Origin: an uncultured Gammaproteobacteria bacterium
GTDB lineage: Bacteria; Pseudomonadota; Gammaproteobacteria; Arenicellales; JAANXG01
DNA length: 64,000 bases
Direction of reading: 5' to 3'
Assembly: GCA_947259705.1 (NCBI GenBank)
Contig: CAMYNL010000005.1
Span: 48,012-112,011 of the forward strand
Position numbers and translations under genes: made by a program
The notes under the pieces: model-generated
Databases searched by the model: none
What the model saw: the letters and a program-made list of their open reading frames with translations, nothing else
Told to the model about the DNA's origin: nothing
Shown: piece by piece, positions 19,870 to 29,654 of the stretch
How positions within the stretch are numbered: the first letter of the stretch is position 1
How the letters are laid out: each line of letters opens with the position of its first letter

Positions 19870-20655
19870 TTAAACTTGTTCATTAACTCCCTCACAGCCC
19901 TTCTTGAGCTTGTTTCCCCTATTACACCTGTTGTTATTGCTATTATTGCCCCTCTCATTACTGTTGTTATTACCATTCGTGCTTTGCTGTTCAGCGCCGA
20001 AATTTTCGCATGGGCCCAAACTGTCACCGTGTACCTGGTGTCCTCGTAAAGACGCAGGTGTCCCCACCGACTTGGTTATGCTGCCTTTGTGGCAGATATA
20101 TGTTTGGTTGGGACGATCGGGGTTTTGGAAAAGCGCAACATTGTCTTCGCGAGTCTCTATGGCAACATCAAAAATAGTCTGACCACTATCAGCTACAGCC
20201 GTTACCACCACGACCGAGTCCGCCCCAACCGGTGCAGGGTCATTACAGGCATCATCATCAGGCACGGGAACAGCAGGAGATGCCGGGTAGACGCAAACCG
20301 TATACGAGTCTGGTGGCACCACATAAAACAGCATGTCCGCATCCTCGCTGGTCGGCTCTATCTGGTTACCACTGCTGTCGAACACAATGACCTCGGATCC
20401 CGCCAGCTGTGTCGCCCATGCGTTTTGTATGAGCAGATTGGATATATAGGCTGCAATGTTCATCATTCCTTCAGATTGTGGGTGAGGGCTGTGTATCATG
20501 GCCAGACTGGGCGATGAGTTCACTACAAGTGTCGACGACGTCCCTCCCGAACTACCAACGCCTGAAGATGACGACGATCCACCACCACATGCTGTAAGTG
20601 CCATAGCACCCAACAACGTAGCTGCCGCCGCGATGCGACTTTTAAATTTGTTCAT
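19870..20655 (-). CDS. Lipoprotein of unknown function with a Gly/Ser linker and an Asn-rich C-terminal tail
   Basis: 261 aa. Signal plus lipobox AMALTACGGGSSSSSG; C-terminal ICHKGSITKSVGTPASLRGHQVHGDSLGPC followed by QQSTNGNNNSNERGNNSNNNRCNRGN. Confidence 0.7.
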   Translation of the reverse strand: MNKFKSRIAAAATLLGAMALTACGGGSSSSSGVGSSGGTSSTLVVNSSPSLAMIHSPHPQSEGMMNIAAYISNLLIQNAWATQLAGSEVIVFDSSGNQIEPTSEDADMLFYVVPPDSYTVCVYPASPAVPVPDDDACNDPAPVGADSVVVVTAVADSGQTIFDVAIETREDNVALFQNPDRPNQTYICHKGSITKSVGTPASLRGHQVHGDSLGPCENFGAEQQSTNGNNNSNERGNNSNNNRCNRGNKLKKGCEGVNEQV

Positions 20656-21136
20656 ACCTACTCTCCGCGAAAACTACGTTATAAGCTAATAGAAAGCATA
20701 GCTCGCAGACCCCATTTTTCCAGGCCCAACTGCCGGACGTTTTATCCTTGCGGGTGGGAGTACGCGGGTCAGTCACGCTTGTGAAGCGGATACCGAATGA
20801 TAATGTCAACGCAGCAGCTGTCGAGAACTTAGATTATCGACAAATAAAACCGCAGGACATCTATTTGCCCGACGGCGACAACGGGTCCCTGGCACCATTT
20901 GAACTCTCGTCAAGTCAGCGGTTGTTAAGGGAGGTCATTCAATCTTTCACGGACTCATCCTCGGATTCAAGCTATCCGCTAATAGCAGCAGGTATGCAGA
21001 CTGAGTTGGATTCTACTGTTTCTAGAGGGCTAAATTGGCCAATCGTAGAAGTAGGTCGAAGCAAGCTATCATTAATAGGGCCTAACTCAAATTCCCGAAT
21101 TGATGGAAGTGCTGATGATATGCGTCCATGATTTGA

Positions 21137-21693
21137 TTGAGCGACGAGCAGTGGGGACGGATCCGGAAGCATTTCCCGGAAGAGCACATTCCCGAAGGTC
21201 GTCCCGGTCGTAAGCCGATAACCACCCGCAAATTTCTCGAAGCAGCGTTTTGGATACTCAATACCGGCGCCCATTGGCACGTGCTGCCGCAGTCGTATCC
21301 CATTTACAGGGACGTTCATCGCCGCATTCAACAGTGGTGTCGAGACGAGGTGCTGAGCGACGTACTGACAGTTCTGGCCCATACCCTTCGCGAGCAGGGC
21401 AGCAGTGATGTACGGGTGTGTTTCATTGTTGCCATGTTCTCCTCGGCCAAGGGAGGTGGTGATGAGATTGGCCCAACAAAATGCCATAACGGTATGAATA
21501 TAATGGAAATTGTGGACCGGCACGGACTGCCGCTGGCGGTCAGCACCCATGCGGCGAATCATCGTGAAGTGACGCTGGTGCAGTTGAGTTTTAATTTTTA
21601 CATGATGAGGCCGAGCCGGAGAACCTGATTGGCGATCGGGTTTACGACAGCCACCAGCTGGACGAGAAACTGTTCATTTACACGCTCCATTGA
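21137..21693 (+). pseudogene. IS5-family (IS427-like) transposase relic, frameshifted near 21600 and truncated at 21693
   Basis: (L/M)SDEQWGRIRKHFPEEHIPEGRPGRKPITTRKFLEAAFWILNTGAHWHVLPQSY...RIQQWCRDEV...IMEIVDRHGLPLAVSTHAANHREVTLV. The sequence then continues in another frame as EPENLIGDRVYDSHQLDEKL followed by a stop. The C-terminal third of the DDE domain is absent. Confidence 0.75.
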
Positions 21694-21705
21694 CTTACTT
21701 TCAAA

Positions 21706-21806
21706 AGTATTTGCATTGAATAGTTAACCCATACTTGAAGCGGTGGATATCCTCTTGTTGCTGAGGTTCACCGAGTTTGGGTGGCACAATATTCAATGCA
21801 AATACT
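21706..21806. repeat. Perfect 17-bp inverted repeat AGTATTTGCATTGAATA / TATTCAATGCAAATACT separated by 67 bp
   Basis: Read directly: 21706-21722 and 21790-21806. It lies immediately after the truncated IS5 relic. Confidence 0.8.
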
Positions 21807-22365
21807 GGGTGAGATTCGGATGCAAATTAACAGAGATCATGGCCTGGTTCGTGTGACTGAGTCGTTTTCTTGTCACTCTTCATGTCCGTTGTTCTAAGCA
21901 AAGCATTCAACCCCTGGAATCAACCTTGCGGGTACGCTCGGTCATCGATATACGTATCACGATACAGAATCTCCGTCATACCGTGAGTCAATCCGAGCAA
22001 TTTTTTCAAAAGATGCATCGGCTGGGAGTTCGACGAGGATTCTAAACCCAAATCGCTGAATTCAATTTCCACCGCCATTCTACCGTACGACCTGGGTCGA
22101 CAAGAACTCTGAACGCTCTACACTGATGGACGATTGGTTTGCTGCCGAACTCGTCTGATAAGATAGCACGCCCTCTGGAATCGAGTAATGTTCCGGCCGA
22201 AGTTGATTTCGTCACAAGAAAAGTCATTATTTCGATTAAAGAGCGGTTCACATTTTCTTCGACGTCTTCAAGAAAATTGTTATGACTCTGTCATCAAGCC
22301 ATGCGCAACAGTAGACACGGTGTCGCGACCATAATCGGTTTATCTTTCACTTGCGAGGATTCGGT

Positions 22366-23883
22366 ATGGAATTGAAATATCTTAGCTGCTCACTCGCACT
22401 CTGTATCATGGTCACACCGCGAGTGACATTTTCCTTGGATTTGGGATCATCTGGTTCCGAACTCAAAGCGGTGGCGCAATTTTATGCCGCACGCAACGAA
22501 GTTCCTGCGTGGACCGACGATAAGCAGTTCGAAGACTTGATCAATGCCATTCAGCAGCTGTCTGAACACGGACTAGAACCAACCGACTACCAGCTCAATG
22601 CGTTACTCTCAAATAGGGAAGTTCCTGAAAAACGTGAAAGACTTGCGACCGAAGCATGGTTTTCCGCAGCTACTCACATGGTGTATGGAAAACTAAACCC
22701 ATTGACCTACGAGCCCAGCTGGACAGCAAACAGGCGCGAACGTGACCTTGTATCCAGTTTAAACACGGCACTCACCGAAAAGGCCGTCGGGAGCAGTTTG
22801 CTTTCCCTGGCACCAAAACCTTCAGAATACGCAGCGCTTACCGCCGAGCTCGCTCACCTGCGACAACAAGAAGCATTACCGGTGCGCGCTTTACCGGAAG
22901 GTCCCTCACTTAAGTCCGGAATGACTGGCCCCAGGGTTCGGACTCTTCAGGAGAGACTCGTGCAACTTGGCTTGCTGAAAGGAGGCGCGATTTCTGGCGT
23001 GTTTGACGAGGCGACCGAAGAGGCGATCTCGAGTTTTCAAGACTCGAGCAATCTGAAATCGGATGGCGTTGTTGGGCCGGCTACGAGACGAGCCCTCAAT
23101 CGAGATACGCGCGACAAGATCACTCAAATCATGGTAAACCTTGAGCGCTGGCGGTGGCTGCCGGACGATCTGGGCAGACGCCATCTTCGCGTCAATATCG
23201 CGGACTTCAGCGTCTCGGCTTATAGTGAAGGGCTGCGTGAGCGCACACACCTTGCGATCATCGGGAGAAATTATCGCAAGACACCGGTATTTTCCGACCA
23301 GATCAAGTATGTGGTCCTTAACCCATGGTGGGAGACCCCACGGTCCATCGCCAGAATCGATAAGTTGCCCCTATTCAAGCGTGATCCAGGAGCGGTAGAA
23401 AGGCTGGGATTCCAAGTGCTCAACGGCAACGGCCGGTCAGTCCCTCCCGCGACCATCGACTGGAACTCGCTGACTGCAAGCAGTTTTCCATATCGTATTC
23501 GTCAGGCGCCTGGCCCACAAAACGCCCTCGGTCAGATCAAGATCATGTTTCCCAACAAGCATAATGTTTACCTCCATGACACACCCACGCGAGGACTTTT
23601 CGCCGAAAGGCAACGCGCTTTCTCTTCTGGCTGTATTCGTGTGCAAGATCCCGTTGACCTCACAGTCTGGATATTCGCCGAAACGCCGGGTTGGGACCGT
23701 GCCCGCTTCGATTCGATGATTGCCATCGGAAAAGAAAAACGTGTGGATCTGCAGCGGCCGGTTCCCATCCATATCCTCTATTTCACCGTTGTCACCGACA
23801 GTACCGGGACGTTGAGGTACCTGGATGATATCTACAACCGAGACGGTCTTGTACTGACCGGCCTGGTCAAACCATCTAGGTAG
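22366..23883 (+). CDS. L,D-transpeptidase, YcbB/LdtD type, with a peptidoglycan-binding domain
   Basis: PG-binding-like GMTGPRVRTLQERLVQLGLL...FDEATEEAISSFQDSSNLKSDGVVGPATRRAL and the YkuD catalytic block VYLHDTPTRGLFAERQRAFSSGCIRV. Confidence 0.88.
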   Translation: MELKYLSCSLALCIMVTPRVTFSLDLGSSGSELKAVAQFYAARNEVPAWTDDKQFEDLINAIQQLSEHGLEPTDYQLNALLSNREVPEKRERLATEAWFSAATHMVYGKLNPLTYEPSWTANRRERDLVSSLNTALTEKAVGSSLLSLAPKPSEYAALTAELAHLRQQEALPVRALPEGPSLKSGMTGPRVRTLQERLVQLGLLKGGAISGVFDEATEEAISSFQDSSNLKSDGVVGPATRRALNRDTRDKITQIMVNLERWRWLPDDLGRRHLRVNIADFSVSAYSEGLRERTHLAIIGRNYRKTPVFSDQIKYVVLNPWWETPRSIARIDKLPLFKRDPGAVERLGFQVLNGNGRSVPPATIDWNSLTASSFPYRIRQAPGPQNALGQIKIMFPNKHNVYLHDTPTRGLFAERQRAFSSGCIRVQDPVDLTVWIFAETPGWDRARFDSMIAIGKEKRVDLQRPVPIHILYFTVVTDSTGTLRYLDDIYNRDGLVLTGLVKPSR

Positions 23884-24076
23884 GAGAAGCTCGATCCCGG
23901 GGAGAAACTACGGAACGTATTTCAATCCATTCAGGTGGTGTTGACGTGACAAACAACGAGTGTCGGTGCATCACGTCCCGGCCATTGGATGACGCCCTTA
24001 CGAAGCGTCGACGTAGCTAGCGTGTTGTTATGGTGCTCAGCGCCGCAGGGCCACGCAGTGCGTTGACGCTGCAATG

Positions 24077-24700
24077 CTAGGCCGGCCAAAAACTCGCTTT
24101 TATGCCATCAATAATGTATTGCACCGCGAGCGCCGCCAGAATCAAACCGAGCAGGCGGTTCAAGACGTTCGCTCCCGTAACACCCAGGATCCCGGCAACT
24201 GCGGATGCGAATAGCAACGTCAAGAAGGCAATCCCGAGTACGACCAACAGGACGCCGATCATCCCCAAAAATACCGGCACATCAGTTGCAGCCGAAGCCA
24301 TAAGAAGCACGGTGGTGAGTGCCCCGGGTCCGGCAATTAACGGAAAGGCGAGTGGAAATACAGAGATATCTTCCCTGTGCTCGGCTTCATGCTGCTCGCG
24401 CCGCGTAGTGAATCGCAGACCAGATTGACGAGCAAACATCATCTCTATTGCGAGCAGGAACAACAAAACACCGCCGGCAATACGCATGGCTGGAATGCTG
24501 ATGCCCAGATACCTGAGCAGTATATCGCCACCGACAAAGAAGATGAGAAGTATGCTTGCGGCAAATGCGATGCCACGTGCAGCGATTCGCCTTCGAATTT
24601 TTTGATCATCAGCCTGCGTTAGCGAAGAGAATATTAATGCGACCCCGATGGGATCAACGACTATCATCAGTACAACAAACGCATTTATGAGCAGGTCCAT
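24077..24700 (-). CDS. MarC-family integral membrane protein (UPF0056)
   Basis: From MDLLINAFVVLMIVVDPIGVALIFSSLT onward there are six hydrophobic segments, which is the usual MarC family N-terminus and layout. Confidence 0.8.
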   Translation of the reverse strand: MDLLINAFVVLMIVVDPIGVALIFSSLTQADDQKIRRRIAARGIAFAASILLIFFVGGDILLRYLGISIPAMRIAGGVLLFLLAIEMMFARQSGLRFTTRREQHEAEHREDISVFPLAFPLIAGPGALTTVLLMASAATDVPVFLGMIGVLLVVLGIAFLTLLFASAVAGILGVTGANVLNRLLGLILAALAVQYIIDGIKASFWPA

Positions 24701-25241
24701 TACAGAACTCGAAGAGCACCTCGTCCAAGGCACCAGCATACGCATGCACCGTTCCTATGGACTGCGGGCATACTTGTGCGCTCGTGTGCATCAGCCCACT
24801 TTGTTAGAAGCTTCGAAGGCGTTGTCTCGGTGATAAGCATGCCTAGAACGATCAAACGTTCGCTCATGAGATAGTACAAGACAGGGGTGTTTGTCCCAGA
24901 GGACGTTATATAATGCGCAGCAGCATTACAAGTGACGTTTCTGACATAGTCATTCTTTTTCGTCTCACGAGTCGCTGTACCAGTCGTCATTCACATATTC
25001 GTCAATTAACTCGACCGCCAGTCTAATACGAGCACGGTGGTTGTTACCGCAGATCGCAGCTCAGCCTCCCGAAAGAGGGCGACGAGACACGGCTCGGCTT
25101 CGGGCCATTGTGCCGAGGCCACTGAAGCCAGGAGGCTTGGCTGCGGCACAGAGCAGGTGGTTCACGGTATAGACTCCACTAGCGACAAGCAGTCTCGAAA
25201 ATCGAAACCGCGAAGCGCAATCCTGGTAGAAAATGACTACT

Positions 25242-25250
25242 TGGTATAAT
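25242..25250 (+). promoter_or_regulatory. Extended -10 promoter element TGgTATAAT upstream of the 25400-27092 gene pair
   Basis: TGGTATAAT read at 25242-25250, about 150 nt upstream of the GTG at 25400. AGGAG lies at 25384-25388. Confidence 0.35.
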
Positions 25251-25399
25251 AATGATAATTTGCCGTACCTACTTGAGACAAAAGGTCTTCTCATCCACCC
25301 CCAGCCGAAGCACGTCAGACGGGTCAAAATGTACTTCACCGTAATCTCGAAGTCGGTCCTCGTAGTCCTATCAGGGCTGCTTAGGAGCCGTTTTTTATC

Positions 25400-26218
25400 G
25401 TGAGAGCCCAGTCATCCGTTACAGCCGCCCAGTGGTGGGGACGGTTTGACCTGCGCGTGGGTGTTACGGGCCGGTGGGACGTTGCGTCTCTCTCCCTGGC
25501 CGTAACTCGTTTGGCGCGCGAGTGGCGCATGCAACATAGGGAGAGAAAGTTCGAGGAGGGATCCTCCGCAAGCTGGTCGGTGACAGTTCCCGGACCGGTG
25601 CTTGATGACGATGCCGAGGTGATGCGCTACGTGGTGCGGGACCCGTCGGATGCGATCATGATACAACCGGCGCTCGCGGACCGTCCCGTGGTTACACGGC
25701 CTGTGGAGCCGATCTACCTGCAGGGGGGTGAGGAGACCACGATTTTCGTCAGCTCGCCGCTATGGGTGAATGTACACAATGAAACCATGGACGGACCATT
25801 CCTGGATGTACCGAGTCATCGGCCTTCCGATACCTGGTTCGGTCCATCGACAATGGAAGGCGAGATGTGTTACGCGGCGAGAACACAGGGCCGCCTGAGC
25901 CTGGCTGAGATGCCACTGCGGCTGCACCGGGCGCTGACGGCATTATCCATCAGAAACAAAGGAAAACAGCCGTTACTGTTGGAAAGGCTCAAGCTCCCTG
26001 TGTGCCAATTATCGCTTTATTCATCGGCTCGTAAACATAAGGGCATGCTGTGGACCAGCGATACCACAATTGTCGCTGGCAAAGAGACGGAACTGGCGGA
26101 AATCCACGTTGAGACAGGCGCACCTCGGCACGTCGCAGGCGCGGAATTGGTCTCGGGACCTCGAGAGCCACTCGAAAACTATGTATTGAAACGCGCCATG
26201 CATGCGCTTCTAGGGTGA
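25400..26218 (+). CDS. Hypothetical protein (272 aa), no family recognised
   Basis: Long ORF with protein-like composition. It has a GTG start preceded by AGGAG and ends 10 nt before the MscS-family gene on the same strand. Confidence 0.5.
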   Translation: MRAQSSVTAAQWWGRFDLRVGVTGRWDVASLSLAVTRLAREWRMQHRERKFEEGSSASWSVTVPGPVLDDDAEVMRYVVRDPSDAIMIQPALADRPVVTRPVEPIYLQGGEETTIFVSSPLWVNVHNETMDGPFLDVPSHRPSDTWFGPSTMEGEMCYAARTQGRLSLAEMPLRLHRALTALSIRNKGKQPLLLERLKLPVCQLSLYSSARKHKGMLWTSDTTIVAGKETELAEIHVETGAPRHVAGAELVSGPREPLENYVLKRAMHALLG

Positions 26219-26228
26219 CCAAAAGCCA

Positions 26229-27092
26229 ATGGACCAATTCCAATCCACGCTGGAAGCGATAGGCTCGAATCTCCATGGTTTCTCGGTCTTCAAGGCCGCA
26301 GTACTCGTAGTCACTGGCTGGTTATTGGCGCGGATCGCATCGCTGACCGTCAGACGCCTTTTCAGCGAGCATCTCTCGCGACATGACCTGGCCCTGGTAA
26401 GACGGGTTGTGTTCTACGTAATACTGGCCTTGTTCGTGGTTTCAGCAGTACGTGAACTAGGGTTCAAATTGCATGTATTGATGGGCGCGGCGGGTATACT
26501 CACACTGGCTATCGGATTCGCATCGCAGACTTCGGCATCAAATATTATCAGCGGATTGTTCCTCCTGGGAGAACGTCCGTTCAGTATAGGTGATGTAGTA
26601 AAAATCGGGGATACCACGGGGGAGGTGATTTCAATTGACATGCTGTCCGTCAAGTTGCGCACTTTCGACAATCTATTCGTGCGGATACCCAATGAAACTA
26701 TCATAAAGTCATCCCTGACAACTCTGTCCAAGTTCCCGATTCGAAGGCTGGACCTGCAACTTGGCATCGCGTACAAGGAGGACATCGAGAGGGTCAGAGA
26801 AGTCCTGTTTGACCTCGCGGACAAGAATCCTCTTTGCCTGGATGAGCCGAAGCCCATCCTTATATTTCAAGGTTTCGGCGAGTCATCGATCAATCTACAA
26901 TTTTCAGTCTGGGCTCAAAGAGAACAGTTTCTGGAACTTCGGAACAGCATCCAGATCGAAATCAAAAAACAGTTTGACCGATTGGGAATAGAGATCCCGT
27001 TTCCACATCGGACCCTCTACGCGGGTAGCGTCACGGAACCACTACCAGTGCGCATCGAGTCGGATAACAGTCACCGTCGCGAGAAGACTTGA
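26229..27092 (+). CDS. Mechanosensitive ion channel, MscS family (small-conductance type)
   Basis: 287 aa with three N-terminal TM helices, then LFLLGERPFSIGDVVKIGDTTGEVISIDMLSVKLRTFDNLFVRIPNETII, the MscS beta-domain signature. Confidence 0.88.
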   Translation: MDQFQSTLEAIGSNLHGFSVFKAAVLVVTGWLLARIASLTVRRLFSEHLSRHDLALVRRVVFYVILALFVVSAVRELGFKLHVLMGAAGILTLAIGFASQTSASNIISGLFLLGERPFSIGDVVKIGDTTGEVISIDMLSVKLRTFDNLFVRIPNETIIKSSLTTLSKFPIRRLDLQLGIAYKEDIERVREVLFDLADKNPLCLDEPKPILIFQGFGESSINLQFSVWAQREQFLELRNSIQIEIKKQFDRLGIEIPFPHRTLYAGSVTEPLPVRIESDNSHRREKT

Positions 27093-27128
27093 TCGTTGGC
27101 TAAGGAGCAAGCCATGCGGTCAATTGCT

Positions 27129-27389
27129 CTATTTTGCCTGTTCTACTCCGCACCTCTTCTCATAAGCGTGCAGAATCACCATCGCCGGCCATGGCCTAGT
27201 AGTGCAACAAGATGTGGGCACCGCCGCGAAGCTACTGATCGCACCGAGAAGGGCGAAGAACATGAAATCTCGAATTCCGAGGGTGACGCCAATTTCACCC
27301 CGCATCTCGCGTTCCAAACCGATCAGAAAGCCGAGCGCCGCCGCCAAGCCGAAATCAGCAAATAAATAAAGGAGAGGAGGATAATTCAT
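27129..27389 (-). pseudogene. MgtC/SapB (DUF4010-type) membrane protein relic; only about the first 55 residues are recognisable
   Basis: LAAALGFLIGLEREMRGEIGVTLGIRDFMFFALLGAISSFAA matches the MgtC-family N-terminal LIGLERE block. The frame then degenerates, and the convergent MscS gene ends at 27092, leaving no room for a full-length gene. Confidence 0.45.
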
Positions 27390-28032
27390 GATTTCGCCTT
27401 TTACCCGACTCGGCCAAAGGAGATTAGTGGCGTTGAATCCGCGTGAAAGACTCGCGGATATGTAATAACTTTAACGGTTTGATTACCAACATTGCTCCAT
27501 AATGGCCGGGTTATCGGTCTTGCTACCGTAACTGACTATTTCGGGCGGGAACCCAGACGGTTAGGAGCACTGCATGCTCCGCGCGACGGGCCGTCTTATG
27601 CTGGCTTTATATGTTCGAACTCGAGCCACACAGCCATGTCAACGCCGGAATCACGTGCGGTGGGTGTATGCGGCAATTTGCCATGGTCGCTGGAACCAAC
27701 TTGAATTCACGCAGGGAAGGCGCCAAATCAATAGCAGCCAGGTTTATAGTTCATAGTTCGATTCCAGCGAGTTCGGCAATGACTCGATTACCCGTTATTG
27801 ACACGGCATCGACCCCTCACTTATCAGAAGAGTTGCTTGATCAAAGAGACACTATTGCGCCAGTCGCTTTGCAGCAATTCATTGCGTATCTTGTTTGCTA
27901 CGACAAGTCAAAGCCGGTGACAGATGCCGCCATCCGTTCCATAAACCTGCCGGCTCTCTGGTCCGTGGATGCTGAGACGACCCTCCGTAAAAGGTGGTCG
28001 TCTCAGCGTCAATCACAACCCGGAAAAGTGGG

Positions 28033-28275
28033 CTAACCGCCTTTGTCACCCGGTTCCATGACTTCCATGGATTTGTTGAACTCATCCTCATCCAGTCTAG
28101 CGTCTCCGTCCTGATCGAAGTCATCTAAGATGTCCTTAAGACCGGGGATAGCGGTTGATTCCTCTACAGAAACATATCCATCACCGTCCGTATCGGCATC
28201 CGAAAACTCCATCTCCGCAAACGCCGGAATCGAATAGCAAATCGACAACAATATAAACAGATATTTCTTACACAT
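28033..28275 (-). CDS. Secreted EF-hand calcium-binding protein (two EF loops)
   Basis: 80 aa. Signal peptide MCKKYLFILLSICYSIPAFA, then DADTDGDGYVSVEE and DFDQDGDARLDEDE, which are canonical 12-residue EF loops. Confidence 0.8.
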   Translation of the reverse strand: MCKKYLFILLSICYSIPAFAEMEFSDADTDGDGYVSVEESTAIPGLKDILDDFDQDGDARLDEDEFNKSMEVMEPGDKGG

Positions 28276-28316
28276 GTGTCATCACCTCTTTAGTGGTGGG
28301 TTACTCCATCATATGA

Positions 28317-29060
28317 TCAACTCGCGACGTACTTGTCGAGAACATCACGAATTGGACGGACTTTCTCCGGTGCTTCTTTACGTTGAAACAATAGCTGTTC
28401 AGTGGTTTCGAAATCACCGTATAGCTCCTTGTTTACCCGTTTAGCACGGGTAATAGCGGCTCCTTCCAGTACTGCACCGGCAAATAGCCCTTTGCTTCGC
28501 GAATACGAAACGATGGGACTCTGTAAAAAGACGTCGAGATCGATACCTGCTTCGCGCCCAACTGGGCCAACCGCTATACCGGCTTCCGCGCCGATGATGG
28601 GTTTACCGCTTAACAAGGTATTCAATCCTTTGTCAGACATGACCAGCATCAATAAAGATACTTGCTGAATCCCTACCTGAGCGCCGATCGTGAGACTTGT
28701 CATGCGTGTGAACAGGGGTGGTCCGAAACTACCGTCTTGCTGACGACAACTCACCATTCCGCGCCCATACTTCCCGCCAATCACCAACCCGGCCTGGCCG
28801 ACTTGAGGAAAGACGGCAACGCACTTTGCTGCCCGAAGCAGCTTTTGCGGAACGCGCTTATCCGGTGATTCGCTCATTTGCTGTTCCAGCATGGCCGCGG
28901 CCTTCTGGACATAGCTGCCGGGTTCAAAGTCCTCCATGCTCACTGGAGCACCCTCGTCATCCTCGCCGCTCTGTCCCAGGGCGACGGGTACATATAGCAG
29001 TAGGCCGAGCGAAGTACTCACAACTCCAGCAAGCTGGATCAAGAACCGCTTGATTTTCAT
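28317..29060 (-). CDS. Periplasmic SYLF (DUF500 / Ysc84-like) lipid-binding domain protein
   Basis: Signal peptide MKIKRFLIQLAGVVSTSLGLLLYVPVALG, then VAVFPQVGQAGLVIGGKYGRGMVSCR...IGAEAGIAVGPVGREAG...YSRSKGLFAGAVLEGAAI, which is typical of the SYLF domain. GAGGAG lies 7 nt upstream of the ATG at 29060. Confidence 0.7.
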   Translation of the reverse strand: MKIKRFLIQLAGVVSTSLGLLLYVPVALGQSGEDDEGAPVSMEDFEPGSYVQKAAAMLEQQMSESPDKRVPQKLLRAAKCVAVFPQVGQAGLVIGGKYGRGMVSCRQQDGSFGPPLFTRMTSLTIGAQVGIQQVSLLMLVMSDKGLNTLLSGKPIIGAEAGIAVGPVGREAGIDLDVFLQSPIVSYSRSKGLFAGAVLEGAAITRAKRVNKELYGDFETTEQLLFQRKEAPEKVRPIRDVLDKYVAS

Positions 29061-29186
29061 ATTCAATCTCCTCAACGTTGACTGATGAACAACAGAAAAA
29101 TTAAAAATTACTCGTAACTGAATTCCATTGAGCGATCAGACTTCATGACTGGCTACGACGTCACGTCCATCAACAACATTTGTTAA

Positions 29187-29384
29187 TCACTTCGACGAAC
29201 AGCCTCGCTCACGCGATGCCTGTTCATTGCTCACGTCAGTCAACATATCGATCAACTCCCGTCGAAGTAACTCAAGTTCACAGTTCATCAACGTCGGTAT
29301 TTGTCGACGCAAGGCTAATAAGTGATTATGCATTGCTGCTTTGGACCGCATTACTTTGCCCGTTGTGTCCACAGTACTTGTCAT
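29187..29384 (-). CDS. Small soluble helical protein (65 aa), unknown function
   Basis: MTSTVDTTGKVMRSKAAMHNHLLALRRQIPTLMNCELELLRRELIDMLTDVSNEQASRERGCSSK. Its ATG overlaps the TGA of the upstream 76-aa gene (ATGA, 29381-29384). Confidence 0.45.
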   Translation of the reverse strand: MTSTVDTTGKVMRSKAAMHNHLLALRRQIPTLMNCELELLRRELIDMLTDVSNEQASRERGCSSK

Positions 29385-29611
29385 GCCACACCTGCTCGCA
29401 ACGCGGCTATCCTGGTATGGATCGAACAGAATATAACTGAGAGCGCAATGGTGAAAACTGAGGCGATGACGATCATGCAAACAGCGTCTTTTTGACCATC
29501 ACTCCGTCTAACACGGCAACGACAGCTGGAGCCGATCGCTACAGCGCACTGTGCAACGCTTGTACATCGCCCAATACGCTCCCTGCGCCCCGTTGACTTT
29601 TTAGTAAGCAT
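29381..29611 (-). CDS. Small Cys-rich single-pass membrane protein (76 aa); possible minimal anti-sigma factor
   Basis: MLTKKSTGRRERIGRCTSVAQCAVAIGSSCRCRVRRSDGQKDAV, then the TM segment CMIVIASVFTIALSVIFCSI. It starts 43 nt after the ECF sigma stop on the same strand. Confidence 0.45.
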   Translation of the reverse strand: MLTKKSTGRRERIGRCTSVAQCAVAIGSSCRCRVRRSDGQKDAVCMIVIASVFTIALSVIFCSIHTRIAALRAGVA

Positions 29612-29654
29612 TTAGGTCTTTGTCGATTACTACCAAACGACGATGTCTTTTGTC

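Noticed and set aside
20748-21131. A 127-aa + strand ORF (TTG start) ending just before the IS5 relic. Also a possible 86-aa ORF from the ATG at 27779 within the 27611-28036 ORF, and the 69-aa ORF at 22042-22251.
   Set aside because: Their composition is protein-like, but there are no recognisable motifs, their starts are weak or non-ATG, and no RBS was evident. The support is too weak to annotate them as genes without conservation data.
20972-21562. A 196-aa minus-strand ORF overlapping the IS5 relic.
   Set aside because: It lies antisense to a clearly recognisable transposase reading frame and has no motifs of its own.
27740-27775. GTTCGATTCC, a tRNA T-loop-like string, considered as a tRNA or a tRNA-derived att remnant.
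   Set aside because: The flanking bases cannot form a T-stem or acceptor stem (CATAG versus CCAGC are not complementary), and no cloverleaf can be drawn.
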